64,000 bases of DNA from Camelus ferus. Its lineage: Eukaryota. Each line of letters begins with the position of its first letter. Position 1 is the stretch's first letter. A model generated the notes under the pieces. It did no database searches. It worked only from the letters and a program-made list of their open reading frames with translations, and was not told the origin of the DNA. This document shows, in pieces, positions 40,114-53,799 of the stretch. The position numbers were made by a program, and so were the translations under genes. The stretch is from positions 81,346,001 to 81,410,000 of the forward strand of contig NC_045697.1 in assembly GCF_009834535.1 (NCBI RefSeq), written 5' to 3'.

Positions 40114-41557
40114 ATACATACTAATGGGTTATGCAGGTATGACTTGAGGTAAAGCATGCTTGAAAGTACTGTCTTGAGGATTTAAGTAACTTGTCCAAAA
40201 TGAGGATGGTTCCCATGTATTCTACCTAGTATCATTTAAAACTAGAATGAAAAACCCCAGTGTCTATGAAAATATGTACTTTTAATCTTCCTTTGCATGT
40301 ATCCCTTTAATGTCTTTTGATAGTCCATGATTATATTAATGTTTATATGATCATTATTAATGACCAAGATGCATGTTTTCACTTTCAGCTAAAGGCATTT
40401 AGTACTTTATCATTCTGAAAAAAAAAAACCTTCCAATTTCATTTGATAAAAATGGTGCTAAAACAGAATCATTTTGAAGTACTTGCCAATAGCTCATTTC
40501 CATTTTAGTTGTATTAAAATATCTATTTATATATAATTTTTACAAGTTCCATGAATATGAAGTCTTATTTGCTAATAAGTCTGAATAAAATATTTCATTC
40601 CAACAGTGTATTTTGAAATGTTTTATGGAGTTGCTACTTCAACTTCGGTTGTACATTTTTTAAGTCAAGAAAATAATTCACCTAAAGTCTATTACAGCAC
40701 AGTTATCTTATTTGTTACACTAGCTTTGTAGCTACCAAAATTTCCTTGAATTATAGCCTCAGAATTTAACCAAGGTCTCCCACCCTAACCATCCATGGCT
40801 GAAATCATCCTTAATAATTTTCTCTGACTTGATACATAAACAGCAATATATTGACTTTATATTCCATCTGGATATGGCTAATAAATTTGGGTTACTCAGC
40901 TTTAAAATTGTTTTGGGAACATAAAACTCATTTAACTCATCAATTATGTGGTTGCAATCACTGTCATTTGGCATTTTGGAGTATAAATAACTTGCTGCAG
41001 TTACGTTACTGAGCTGTTGTATCAATTTTATAAGCTGAGGGATTTTTGCAGATACATGCAATTGTAAAGCAAAAAAAAAAATCTGCATCCATTTTTTCAA
41101 AATATATGCAATCTATAATTTAAATATCTTTGTAAAAGAATTCCATAAAACGTATAAATATTTACTGTGGTTTAAATTACTATATGTGATATATACTAAT
41201 GACTTTTCTTCTAAAAACCTGGTATTTTTAAAGATGCCAATCCTCAATGTTGAAGGACAAATATGTTGCATAATATAATGTTATTTTCAAAAATTAATTA
41301 AAAAAATCAATACGTAACTCTATCTTATTATTTACATATATGTAGAAATAATCAAATTCTATTTAAACTTACTATTGAAATCTTATCAGCTCTTATTAGT
41401 TCCAAAGAAGGTAAAAATCTGGGCAGTTAGTTTTGAACAAAAAGGCAATACTTTTTCCATTTCTCTTTGTTTTTACATTTTAATATAAAAATACTTTTCA
41501 TAATGTATACAATTTCTCTAACTTTAAAAGTTAAATAGTATTCTCCATCCCATTTTA

Positions 41558-41696
41558 TTTATTTATTTTATTTTTTTCATTGGGGGGGTGGTAATTAGGT
41601 ATTTATTTATTTATTTATACAGAAGTACAGGGGTTTGAACCCAGGACCTTGTGCATGCTAAGCATGCATTCTACCACTGAGCTATACCCTCCCCCC
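41558..41696 (-). mobile_element. Camelid tRNA-derived SINE (Vic-1 type)
   Basis: Reverse strand reads GGGGGAGGGTATAGCTCAGTGGTAGAATGCATGCTTAGCATGCACAAGGTCCTGGGTTCAAACCCC. Perfect 16-bp TSD TCTCCATCCCATTTTA (41542-41557 and 41697-41712). Confidence 0.93.
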
Positions 41697-42169
41697 TCTC
41701 CATCCCATTTTAATTAAAAATTGGTATACAGCAAACAAAAAAGTTTTCTTTGCTCTTATTTATCTCAACAAAAGCACAGTGCTTTGCAAAATTTGTTTCC
41801 TTTTGTGTAATATTGTTTGAAAATACACAAAATATTTTATTATAAGATCTTAAAAGTCCTAAAGCATATTTTTCCATTATTTGAAATAATATCCTCTGGG
41901 GAAAAAATCGCAGGCTATTCATATACATGTAAAGGGTATGCATCTTAGTGTACAGAGATTAAATTATAGTCCCTGGGTTTATATATTGAAAAAAAAAAAC
42001 TACCCTTCCACAATTTGCATGATTAGGTAATTAATATTTGCTCATACATTGGAAAAATGGAAAAGGGATTCTTGGATATTATTCTTCTGCCCACTCTGTT
42101 CTTACTAGACACGCACAGAGGCACACCGACACACACAGAGACACACACAAGCACAGGCACACTTTTGCT

Positions 42170-42370
42170 ATCCCAGTAATGAGCTCATTGCATCCATGTT
42201 ATATACTAGATAGTCTTCATTTATGAACGGTTTTCATTTTCAGCACAATATTTACAGATGGAGAAACAAGCAGAGAGATTAAATAAGCTTCTCCACTCAT
42301 CCTCTGGCAAAGGATGTTGCAGTGATTTGAACCCAGGCAGTCTGGTTTCAGAGTCCAGGCTCCTAACCAA
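42170..42370 (-). mobile_element. MIR SINE
   Basis: TTTACAGATGGAGAAAC...GATTTGAACCCAGGCAGTCTGGTTTCAGAGTCC. Confidence 0.85.
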
Positions 42371-44309
42371 GACACTCCTTGAGAAAAGATTAAGCAAGTT
42401 ACACTTGGCAACTTTTTATTAAAATATACTTTTCCCCTAAAAGTTCTTGTTCAAAATCAATATATCTCTTACTTGTAAAGCTCAGGAAAAAAGCCATCTA
42501 TTTAAATCAGTGAAATGACTAAATCATATATTAAGATGATTGATAAAAGTTGCTGCTCAGTATCAAAATTAAAGGATATATTTTATTTCTTAAGTTCTTA
42601 CATTCTCTCTTTCTCCTTAGTAATAACTTTCCATGGACTCAAAAGAAGAAGAAAAAGAAAAAGAAAGGAAAAATAAACTTTCTAATTTTAGGTACAGAAA
42701 GCAACTCATTAGTTTTCACAACCAAATCAATCACGGACTGGAAGACACTCATTCATGCCTTACATACAGATTTCAATATATTCTTTTACTTCATGTAAAC
42801 CCTTTCTAGGTGTAGTCCAAAGTTTTACAAATTAATTACCCATTTCACCTGAATATGTTTATATTATATGAAATATGGGTCTACATAATAACATACTTTG
42901 GTGGAATAAAAGACCGAAAGTTTACTAAAATGGCATAGACATTTGTGGAATATAAAAATGATACATTGGGCTAAATTTTGGGTAAATTTTACATTAAACT
43001 GTATGATTCTGTATGTTTCTTGTTCCTTTATATTCAAGATGTGTATTACTTCCATTCTCTTCCAAGTTTTAATGGTCACTATCTTTTCATTTATTCTTTC
43101 TTTTTAGTGAAGGACATGTATTTACTGTATTTATTTCAGCTTAGAATTCATCAAAAAGATGATGTAAGCAACACACGTTCTGAGCTGAGTATGCAAGAGA
43201 GACCTCAGATGAATGTTTTAGACTCCAAATAAGAAAAACTTAGTATCAGTCAAAAGTTCATGCTCCAGCTTGAGCTAGTTGTGAATTTATAAGAATAGCC
43301 CTTCCTTTCCTCTTTTTACATCGTTTGTGGTCATCATCACTATTATAAGTTACTGCTTCAGAAAAATGACCAGTTTTTAGGTTTCTGTACGTCTAAGTAA
43401 AACTACCTTTTGAATATTGACTTCTGGAATATTATTACCATTTTAACATAGCAAAAATAACATTAAATAAACTTTATAACAATTAAAGAAAAATACAACT
43501 TAACTTTAAAAATGTTTTATCTATTTTTGGTGTTAATTTGATAAGAGAAGCTTACCTAAAATAAAGACAGAGATACAGCCAGGAGATAGGTGTCTGTCTG
43601 TGTTTACTGACTCCTTTTCCTAAATATATACCAAAAAGCTCAGCACATCTGTTCTGTAAACGCCGAATTAAATATTAACAATGTAAATCCTAAACTAATA
43701 CAGGTGGTATCTGAATTTCAAGTTGAGAAGAGAGAAGAGAGAGATTTTCAGTGTTCTTTCAAATATGCTTTGATACTGTTAAAGTCAGAAATTCTTTTAG
43801 TAGAAGCTCTGACAGACCCATTAGTATGACAGGGGCCTCCAGCTTGCCAGCCAACATATTGTTCACAAAATAAATTTCATTTTTGGAGACATTATACCAT
43901 AGAGATATGGAACATCTAAATAGGCAAAATAAAGATTTATGGTTGTTTCTATTGTTCTTAGCTTTCAGAAGGTTTATAGTTCAGACTTCAAGAAATAATG
44001 TGTCTTATGCATTTTTAACCATTTCATCATAAAAAGTGTATGCAATTACTAGGAAACTGCATGCTGCTACTCCTTTTTACCCAGAGCTGCCATTTTAATA
44101 TACACTGTGATAAAAAGGAAAAAGATTTACATTAAATGAAGGAATAGTCCATTGGTTATCTGAAAAATTCAGTTATATTTAATAAAGATAAGATACATTG
44201 TATGTATACATTATTTTTAGTTCTTCTCTTGTTCAATGTCTCTATTACAAAGTTTATTTTCATTGATGGCTGCAGTGTTTTAAAGTTGGAAGAACACGTT
44301 GCTTGCTTT

Positions 44310-44475
44310 ATTTCCCCTCTTCCTTCCTTCAGTCCTTCTTCCCTTCTGTCTTCCTTCCTCTGTCTTCCCTTTCCTCTTTTCTTCTCTCTCCCACTCCTTC
44401 TCTTCCCTCCCTCCTTCTTTATATTTTCCCGTCCTCCTTCCTTTCTTTTCTACTCTCTCTCTTTGTTCTTTTTCT
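44310..44475 (+). repeat. Polypyrimidine (CT-rich) low-complexity tract
   Basis: About 165 nt of almost only C/T. Confidence 0.95.
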
Positions 44476-44531
44476 GACATGAGCAAATGATAAAGTTTGT
44501 GGGCATTTGAGCATCTATAATTCAATCAAGC

Positions 44532-44730
44532 TACTGGTTTTCAACTGGGGAGAAATGGAAAATCAGAACAATCTGTGGATAGTTCACCAAATAAGTACAT
44601 ACCCTCTGCAGTCCCTAGGATGATGGCATTTTTACATATTGCTATCTGGGAATGAGGAAAACATTTATTTTGAAAAATCCTTAGGTGATTTCTCTAGATA
44701 CTCCACATCTGCAATTGGGAACCATAATTT
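44532..44730. mobile_element. hAT-Charlie MITE (MER5/MER112/MER117-like)
   Basis: Ends CTGGTTTTCAACTGG and TTGGGAACCA, with internal ATTTTGAAAAATCCTTAGGTGATTTC. Confidence 0.55.
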
Positions 44731-46528
44731 TAGGATATTATAAGGTTGCCCTGCATATATGATGAAGATAACTACACAACTGTACATAAATCTGATGGAT
44801 TTAAAAAGATTTCAGGGTCTAACTTCAATGATGTTTTCCAAAAAAGATTTGAAGATTAGATAGAAATACAGAACAACCTCTTTCCAGCTGAATATAAATT
44901 GTTGAATATTTTCTATGTTTAATAAATAGGAATTCAAATTTCTCACATTCTATGAGTTTGTATGTGCATATACATAAATTATGTTAGTAAGACCCAAATC
45001 TCGCCTCAGATGTGTAATAAAATTGAGCAAGTTACAGACATTATATTAGCTATGTTCTAGTAATGCCTAGATTAAAATTTCTCTCAATCTATTTTTAATA
45101 TCATAATACTTACATATTTATACTTTTTCATTTAAATTAATGATTAATGTTGAGTTGTGTCTATCAGTCTCTAGTGAGGTTGGTTACTGGGGATTAGCAT
45201 TCTGAAGTCTGATTACCTCTGAGTCAAGTAAGAAAATTATGTTTTATTATTTAATAACTGAGAACAAATTCTGGTTATGGTGACTTCAAGACATTTCATA
45301 ACTTGCCTGAAACAGCTGACACTCTTTACCCTAGCCCCTTTACTATTACATAAGCCCAGTATGAAATGTTAACAGGGGCTATAACACAGGGAACAAATAG
45401 CTGGGACATTTAGGGAACAGTTATTCAGGGAAGCCTTATAATGTTTAGGAAGACTGTGAAGCTCAAAAAATAAAAATAGCAGTTTGTAGACAACGATATA
45501 TCCCTATGCTGTTAACTAGAAAATAAGCACACAGATATTTTTCTTATTTCTAAAAATGTCAGAAATTTCAGATAAAAGAATATAATTCATTAGAAAATTG
45601 AGTCAAGCTATTTAGAAAACAAATTGAACATAGTAAATACTAGATAATATTATTAATATTAATGTTTATGATTTAGCCAAGGAAGGTATAGTTTTCTAGA
45701 AGTTACCTTTTGAGGACTCTGGAGGATGGTCATGGGTGTAGCCAGTGAAGCTAAGCCCACGTATCAGGCTATGACTCCAGCAGATGCGTCAGCAAGTTGA
45801 AGGTCACACCTTGTGCAAATGCCATGGAAATTTCTCTTTTCCTCCTTCTTCTTTACTTCGAGCGAAGTCTATAAAGAATATGCATTGATATGACCTAATT
45901 AATCAGCATAACTCTAATTTTTATCTTCAAAGATCAAATTACCCAACCAGCCTTTATCATAATCAACATTCTATTCTATGAAATGGGGATATGGGATTTC
46001 ATTATCCTAAGGGTTAGAATGGAGTCCTGAGAAACAATGATGGTGAAGATAGTGAAAGATCATTTTCTGTAAGAATAGCTCAAGAGGAGTGCTAGGTAGT
46101 GTCAGTGTTTCCGTGACAGCCCACTGTAGATTATTCACAGAAAATAATCAAATAAAACCACAGAAAAACACAGGGACATGACAAGGGCTAAAGGGAAAAA
46201 GAAGTTTGTACAGAGAGAAAATTAGACCAAGGAAGATTAGAAACAACCTTCTTGGGGACAGTAAAATGATGAAGCTGCAGGCACCTGGTAGGAATTGGAA
46301 AAAAATAAAAAGATGATTATCAAATTAAAAAAAATAAGACCACTTCTTTTCATTTTTGTGAAATCAGTGAGAACTTCATAGTATCTGGATGGTGAGTTTT
46401 AGCAAGGCCAATTAGCATACACCTGTAGCCTGGTGACTCCCATCAGTATAGAAAGGAGGACAATTATGGCGACTGCAAAGAATGAGTCATCTCAGAAAGG
46501 CACAAAGTCAATGAATTCGAACTAGAAA

Positions 46529-47169
46529 TGCTGTCAGTAGGTTTAACAGGTGTCCAGGCTCTTGTCCTACCCCAGAAAGAATTCAGAGACAAGACATAAA
46601 GGTTAAGAAGGTAAAGTGGGGATTTATTAAGGGATAGATAGTACACTCTCAAGGGGAGAGCCGGCAGGCTCAGGTGAGCAGCTGCCCTGAGTTTCTTTGG
46701 TAAGTTGGTTACATAGAGTAAAACCGAATGGGCAGAATCTTCATTAGGGAGGGAAGGATTTGGGGTCGTATTCCCTGATTTTCATCCAAATTCCATCTTT
46801 CCGAAGGAAGGAGGGATTTCTGTCCTTATTTATCTGGATCGGAAGTGTCATGGCATCTGTGCATGATGGGTACTTTTAATCTGCAAGGTTAATTTTATTG
46901 AAATGAGGGCATAATGAGCAAAAGGTTACATTCAAACACTGGAGATTCCTGCCTTTTCCCACATTTCTTTGTTGGCCTGCAGGCCGCTCGCTCATCACCC
47001 CACCAGCCCAGAGATTCCTGCTTTTCTTTCTCTTCCCAGGGACCCCTGGTGCTTACATGGTGTGTGGTTTCCTGAATTTGGCTTGTGTCGCTCCTTTCTG
47101 CCCAATTCCTGGCATTTGGCCTGTGTCTCCCTTTCTCTGCTCATATCTAGCTATCTGTCTGCTCTAACA
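46529..47169 (-). mobile_element. Class I (ERV1) solo LTR, relatively young
   Basis: 641 bp with TG...CA termini and a perfect 4-bp TSD GAAA (46525-46528 / 47170-47173). Minus-strand AATAAA at 46628-46623 and retained CpGs. Confidence 0.9.
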
Positions 47170-47449
47170 GAAAGACTGCTCTATCTCCAGTTATTGTAAA
47201 CCGGCAGGCAAACACCAATAAAAACTTAGAATTTGTTTGCAGAGAACAGAAAGATTTTCCAGACTCATAGAACAGCAACTGACATAAAGTTTTTTGGTGT
47301 TAATTATAACTATTAATATAATTCTGTTGCAAAAGTCCCAATTCCCTATTTTAGTTAATCCCAAGAGTGCAAGGGAAAGGCGTCATGTTGATGAAACTAA
47401 TTACCTGGTAAAAATTATTTTTGAAAATTGTACTGAAAATGGTGCTTCA

Positions 47450-48370
47450 TTAATACGAATCAGCAATGTGATATGACTGCTAAAAAGGCTAATGTAATCT
47501 CAGGCTGCATGAATTGAACCAAGGCATCGAATCACAGGAAATTGTAATTTTCCTGCATTTGACTTTGTTAAAAATTAGTTGAAAATATACATATCTCTGA
47601 GACTTAACACTTTAGGTGAAAAAAAAATCTAGACTGCATCAGAAAAGAGGGGATTAGAAGTCATAAAATAAGCAAAGCGGTTTTCTCCTAGTGACTATGT
47701 GTCTAGAGATTCTTTGCCTGTCTTTGTCTGAAATACTTTTTCTCCAGATTTTCTCACGATGGCCCTTTCTTATCATTTGGGTTTCAGCTGAAATATCACC
47801 TGCTAAAAGATGAATGATTTGATCATTCACTGTATCTTTTTTTCCCTCCCAGGGCAACATCTTCTCATCATCTTGTTTATTTATGGTTACAGCAATAAAC
47901 CTTATTTTATTTTTACATGTCTATATATTCTTCATACAGAGAATATGATTTATGGGGGGATCATTTTTCTTTACTCAGCTTACTCCTGTATCTCCTGCCA
48001 AGCACTGCACTCGGCACAGAGTAAGCCATTGATACACACACACACACATGAAAAATGTTTGGATAGATTGACGATATTTGGAGTAGAGAAGTTTAAAGGA
48101 AAATATAATAGCTTAAATGAAATAAGCTGTACTGTTTCAGAATATAGAGTGAGAAATAATAGTTTGAATTTGAAAGGGGACATATTTCATTTCAGTGTAA
48201 GAAACAACTTTATAACTAAAATATCCTTCAATAGAAAGAGTTACCTTGTACAGAAGGAAGTATGCAAAAAGTTGAAGTGGAAACTACACATTCACTTGTT
48301 AATTGATCTGTATAAGATTGAGAATGGCCTCGATAACCTTTAAGAAACCTCCAAACTTAGACTTTATTGT
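47450..48370 (+). mobile_element. L3/CR1 LINE 3' fragment split by an L2
   Basis: CDMTAKKANVISGCMN (47467 onward) and RVRNNSLNLKGDIFHFSVRNNFIT resemble the CR1 ORF2 C-terminus. The 3' end GATAACCTTTAAGAAACCTCCAAAC is CR1-like. Confidence 0.75.
47690..48075 (+). mobile_element. L2 3' fragment nested in the L3
   Basis: GTCTGAAATACTTTTTCTCCAG...TTTCAGCTGAAATATCACCT and CAAGCACTGCACTCGGCACAGAGTAAG. Confidence 0.65.
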
Positions 48371-48399
48371 AATATATCATTTGTTACATATTTTATTTC

Positions 48400-48865
48400 A
48401 AAAAGAAATTATTAAAAAGTATCAAAAAGAGAATTTATTGGCTCATATACCTAAAAATCCCCGAGGTAGCCCTAGCTCTTATCAGCTGAATTCAGCAGCT
48501 CACTCTTTCTCTCCCCATCGCCCAACTTGATATTCTCTTTTGTTGGCTTCAATCTAGTGCAGGCTTCCTTCAAGAAATTACTAAATTATATTACATCAGC
48601 TTAGCCATGCTAGAAAAAGTGTATGTGCCTTTCTCAACAGTTCTAACAGTTCCTGACCACTGACTTTCATTGGTCCAGATGGAGTTGGATGAATTTTTCT
48701 GGGAAGACCCAAACCTGAGACAATCCCTGATCTTCCCCAAACTAATAGCAATAACTGATAATTAAGTGGTGGAGAAATTGCTCTCAAAGGGGGAAAATAG
48801 ATGTTCAGTTACTGGAAGAAGGGGAGATGGGTGTCCAGCCAGTACAACAATAACCATTCACTACT
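48400..48865 (-). mobile_element. MaLR LTR (MLT1K/L-like)
   Basis: GAATTTATTGGCTCATATACCTAAAAATCCC, CATTGGTCCAGATGGAG and GTTACTGGAAGAAGGGGAGATGG. Confidence 0.6.
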
Positions 48866-50004
48866 GGGCGCCTTCTTCCTGCGTGTGGAGAATTGGTAAA
48901 TCTGAGGTTACCTTCATGGCTTCAAAACCATAATTTTGAAATTCTGTTCCCCATCTCCCTCATTTTAATTCTTCATTTAAAATTAGTCCCTCATTTTACT
49001 ATTTCCTGATACAATCTTCCTTCCCTTATATCTTAGTTCGTTTTCATTGCCCATTTGTGGTTCCATCATATCCTTTTTGATGCATAGTGATCATAACCAC
49101 ACTGCCATTTAGATGAAACTAGAGGATGATTTTATGTTGAATTTCCAATATCTTTCTGAGAAATCATTTCATTGTTCTTTAAAAGTGATGCTGAAATTTA
49201 GACCTATTTTCTTATAATGCAATCAAACACATTTTTCTGATGTTTTTCTCATATTATTATCTAGAGTTCAGTACTCAATTCACTTTACAAGTGTTCATTT
49301 AAAAAATATTTTATATTGGAGTTGCTTCCATGTAAAATATTTTGATATACACCCCAGTCTCTCTCTCTCTCTCAAGATACCCAGGCAGATAGATACCCAG
49401 ATTTAATCTAGATATTACTAGTCACCATAATGGGTAACTTCTGAGATGTCACATTAAAATATTACAAAGTTATCAGGACAACTCTTAAAGCCCTGAGGAA
49501 TTTTGTAGCTCTTTATTATAAATATCTTTAAAATACAGATATTCCACAATAAATTCATCATTATGCATCACCTTCTCTCACCAAAGTTTTTTGGTAAAAC
49601 TGTGGAGCAAGGAAAAAAAAAAAAAAGGAAGCCTGCTGGTCCCTCTCTATCCCACGGTCACTCACCACACAGCCTGCTCTCCTCCCCCCTGCCCCTCCCT
49701 TTGCCCGGCAAATCTTTGCACCTGTCATAACCTTATAGCATCCACTCTCTGTTTCTTTCTGATATGCCTTGAGAATCAGCAACTTGGTTATAATGATAAA
49801 AAAATTATTTACCTTGTTCTTGTTTTATCACTAAATTTCAGAAGATTCTGAGTTACTCTCTAACTTAGTGTTCTTATAATATATGTTCTCCTTCAGAAAA
49901 TTTATTAAGCATCAAGTGAGATGATTAGTAGCACCAATCACTAAGAAATCAACCTTAACAAATCGGCCAGCTTATCTTTATGAGCAGTATCCTGTTTCCA
50001 AACA

Positions 50005-50180
50005 GACAGCATAAAATAAAAGTTAGGACTCTGGAGTCAGAAGTTAGGAATGCAGAAATGGTATTCACTTAAACACTTCAACTGCCTTATCTATAACATG
50101 AGAATGATATTTACTTATGTATCTCATAGAATTGTCAGGAGCAAATGATGTAACACATGACACATGTTAAATATTTAATA
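50005..50180 (+). mobile_element. MIR SINE
   Basis: GGACTCTGGAGTCAGA...CCTTATCTATAACATGAGAATGATA...CTCATAGAATTGTCAGGAG. Confidence 0.7.
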
Positions 50181-50394
50181 GTACTGGATTCTAGTATTTC
50201 TTATCTGGAGTCAAAAACTAACTGAATGATTATTCAGTTATCCTATAAACACCCATGGCGATGTTTTTGTAAGGAAACTGTTACATTCCAGTAGGCCCAT
50301 GATGATTTTGTTCATTTGACCTTCTATTATGCTCTCAAAGCATGTTGTTTATTTATTTCATTACTTTTTATATTTTATTTTAATTATTTATGTG

Positions 50395-50710
50395 GTGAAC
50401 TCATTTACAAAGCAGAAACAGATTCACAGAAATAGAAAATAAACTTACGGTTACTAAAGGGGAAGAGAGGATAGGAATAAATTAGGAGATGAGATTAACA
50501 GATGCACACTACTGTATATAAAATAGATAAACAACAAGGATTTACTGTATAGCACAGGGAACTATATTCAATATCCGTAATTAACTATAATGGAAAATAA
50601 TCAAAAAATAATATAGATATATACATATGTATGTATAGCTGAATCACTTTGTTGTATACCTGAAACTAATGCAATATTTTAAGTCAATACTTTAAAAAAA
50701 AGAAAAAGAA
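50395..50710 (+). mobile_element. 5'-truncated artiodactyl-type L1 3' end
   Basis: GAACTCATTTACAAAGCAGAAACAGA...TGTATAGCACAGGGAACTATATTCAATATC...CTGAATCACTTTGTTGTATACCTGAAACTAA plus an A tail. Possible short TSD TTATGTG. Confidence 0.92.
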
Positions 50711-53700
50711 ATTATGTGACTGACTTCTCCTCATTTTGACTCAATTTGCCTTGAGGATTTTTTTTCCATGCATTCATCTCTTTATCATTCCTCCCTAACT
50801 TCTGTCCCTCAAAACAAATGCAGTCATAGACCCCAGTGCACACATATGGTCTATAACATTAAGGAGTTGGTAATTGTTTAGTGAATGAGTACATGCAATA
50901 TTAAGAACAATTTGATAACAACTGGAGCTTGATGGTGGAAAAATCCTCTAAGGCATTACAAGAGAAAGGTTCAGAAGGGGATTCCAAAAGAGAACAGCTC
51001 AGTGAGTTGAAATCACAAAATCAGGAGCTGATGGGGAAATTCTAAGTGACTAGCCAGGCAAAAACGCAGCCTGAACGTGCTTCAAGAAAGAGTTAGTGTT
51101 AAAGACCCGAAAAGCACAAATACAATGCCAAATAACATCAATAACCGTCAGCTAACAAAATTCCTGCCCTTTACATCTTTTCTCACCAATTCCTCTACTC
51201 CTTTTAATCTTGGAGCAGCCCACCACAGCCTAGTGAGGGGGAGAGGAGAGTAATAATTGAGGCAGGAAATAGAAACAATACGATCAGCCCTTTCCTTCTG
51301 TAAGTGTCCGCTCTGGAAGACTCCCTTTGTTGGAAGGGGCAAGATTTAATTTTGAATGGAGTTCTTAGTCTTTAATTATTATGCTGGATGGATCCTGTTA
51401 ATTATTAAAATGAGATCCTCTTTCTCATTTGGATGAAGACTAAAAGTAATCAAAAGAGTTAACAAAACTGTCAAAATTTTCATCTAAGGCAGGGAAGTTC
51501 TACTCTCACAGAGCAGGTTTAAATGAATAGAAAAGGGAGGGAAATACGTTTGTTTTCTGATTATACTCTAAGATCCCCACTTGTTCAATTAAATATTTCC
51601 ATAAGTAACTTCAAATTACAAAGCATTACCAAACATATCTTTTAATTGTTATTTGAATGGAAAATCTAAAAGATCAAATATCTAACATGAAATTTCTTAG
51701 CAGTGTTATTGGGAAAAAACAGTCTACAGAATCAAATTTCTTACACTGAAGTATCTTTATAGGAAGGATTTTAGAAATATTCATAATTAACTGAAATGTC
51801 AACTAGCTATATAAAATTGGGCTATTGCAATGTACATGGAATTATCAACAATTTATTTATAAGTCAATATCTACCAATCTGTAAGACTGACTTTTATTTT
51901 TGTATTCCCAGTTAAAAATCAGTGCTAGTGAAAAAATGTTCAGCTGCTTCAATAAGAGAATGAATAGATAAATTAATTAGTGAATACATTTTTTAAAAAT
52001 ATACCTGAAGTTTGTGAAAGACACCTGAATAAACACACTTGGCAATGGGTACTTTATTATTAAAGTAAAAAAAAAAAAAAAGTGACCTGAGCTTTTTATG
52101 ATCTGAACTGAAGAAAGCAGTATGGATACAATACAATTTTATACAATTAAATAGACTGAACATTATATTTGCATCTATACAGAATATTTAATGCAGCTAA
52201 TTCAACGTTGTGAACATTCCTTTTTCCTTCCTGAGAGTAATCTGAATTCGTGCTACTATGAAAGCAGGGGAGAAAAACATTTCATTGCTCAACCTGCAAG
52301 TTGTCTGAGCAGAGAAACAGAAGCTGCTAAAAGACGATGCTATAGCATAGAATTCAGAGTATATTCCAGCAAGGAAGAATATAGTTTTTGTAGAGGAGGA
52401 TAGATCACTGTTTATATTTATCACTGACTCTACGGCTTGCTCCTGGACATGTGGCAGGAAATGTACACAAGAGAAGGAATGTGATGTGGGAAAGTTAGTT
52501 TCAAAAGGTTACTTAAAGGAGACACATGTGAAAAATGGAAGCTGAGGTGCCTTTTCCATATTTAAGCCTTCTCTTGAACTCAATATTAAGAAATAAGTGA
52601 AATGAATAAGCTTGATGATACCAAGTGTCAACTCCAGGTGTAAAAATGGAGGAATTTCATTTTCTTGTTTGGAAACTTAATGAGCATCTTTGAAAATGGG
52701 ACTATTATTTCCATTTGGAATTATCTGAGGGTGTCTGTGACAAATACAAAGCACTGTAATAACACACTGGATTAGCATTCATTTAAGCTGTCATTAATAG
52801 AAGTTTTTGAAGTACTGATTGCATTCTACTAAGGCTCCGTTTTTCATGCTTCATGAAATAATCTTAAGACAAGTTAACTAATTTTTTTTCAAAATCCAGG
52901 AAATATGATGCACTGAGGTACAATTTAAAATTAGTAACAATTAATTTCACTCTACCTGTCTACTGTCTACCTGACTATGTAATTTTTAGGTATAAAATCC
53001 TGAAGGATGGAGTTTGTTTGTAAATTTGGTGATTTTCCATTTGAAGTAAATATACAAGTAAAGAAGGCACAGTAAACATTAACTAACCAAATACTGGGTT
53101 GAATTACAAAATGTTGATGACAAGAAGAGGAGGCAAAAGAGAAAACAAACGTATGCATCAGTGCAGACTCCAGGAGACAAATCAGTATTTTCACACAGTG
53201 GATAGTGTATTGAATATACACTTGGAGTACTAGTATTCACTCAGACTTGCCTATTATTAGGTGAGGATGGCAGGTGTGTGACAGGTTCAGCCTGATCACA
53301 AGGACTAAATTTGAATATAAAGGCATATTTCAATTCTTTGGAGAGATGCACTGTGGCAGCTGGAGAGCAGAGTCTGAGCAAGATGGGTGAGGAAGATGCA
53401 GAGAATAAAGTGACTCCTGGCAATTAATCACACATGTCAAGGAACAGTCAAGAGGATCTGTTGACTTTGACAAATTATGGGGCTCCTCATGCCCCTGAAG
53501 AACAGGGCCTCCATTTCCTCTGGTACTATTGACTGTTTGTTCTAATCAGAGTGCCAATGGGAAGGGAAACTAAATGGAAAAACAAGAAATTCAATAAATA
53601 TCAATTAGTTCATGATGTTCTACAATAATGAGGTTTTTAATGTAATTTTTAAAAATCAATAAAAAGAACAGTAAATAATTTTGAGTTTGGTATATCATTA

Positions 53701-53799
53701 CAAAAAAAAGTATTTTTGTTCCCTTTGGAGTTTTGGGTTATTTTTCAGGTGCACTTTAATTCTATGACAGTCAGAGGCATGTGGTATCTTCTGATTTGT

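Noticed and set aside
44202..44525. Hydrophobic or charged ORFs
   Set aside because: Derived from the CT-rich low-complexity tract.
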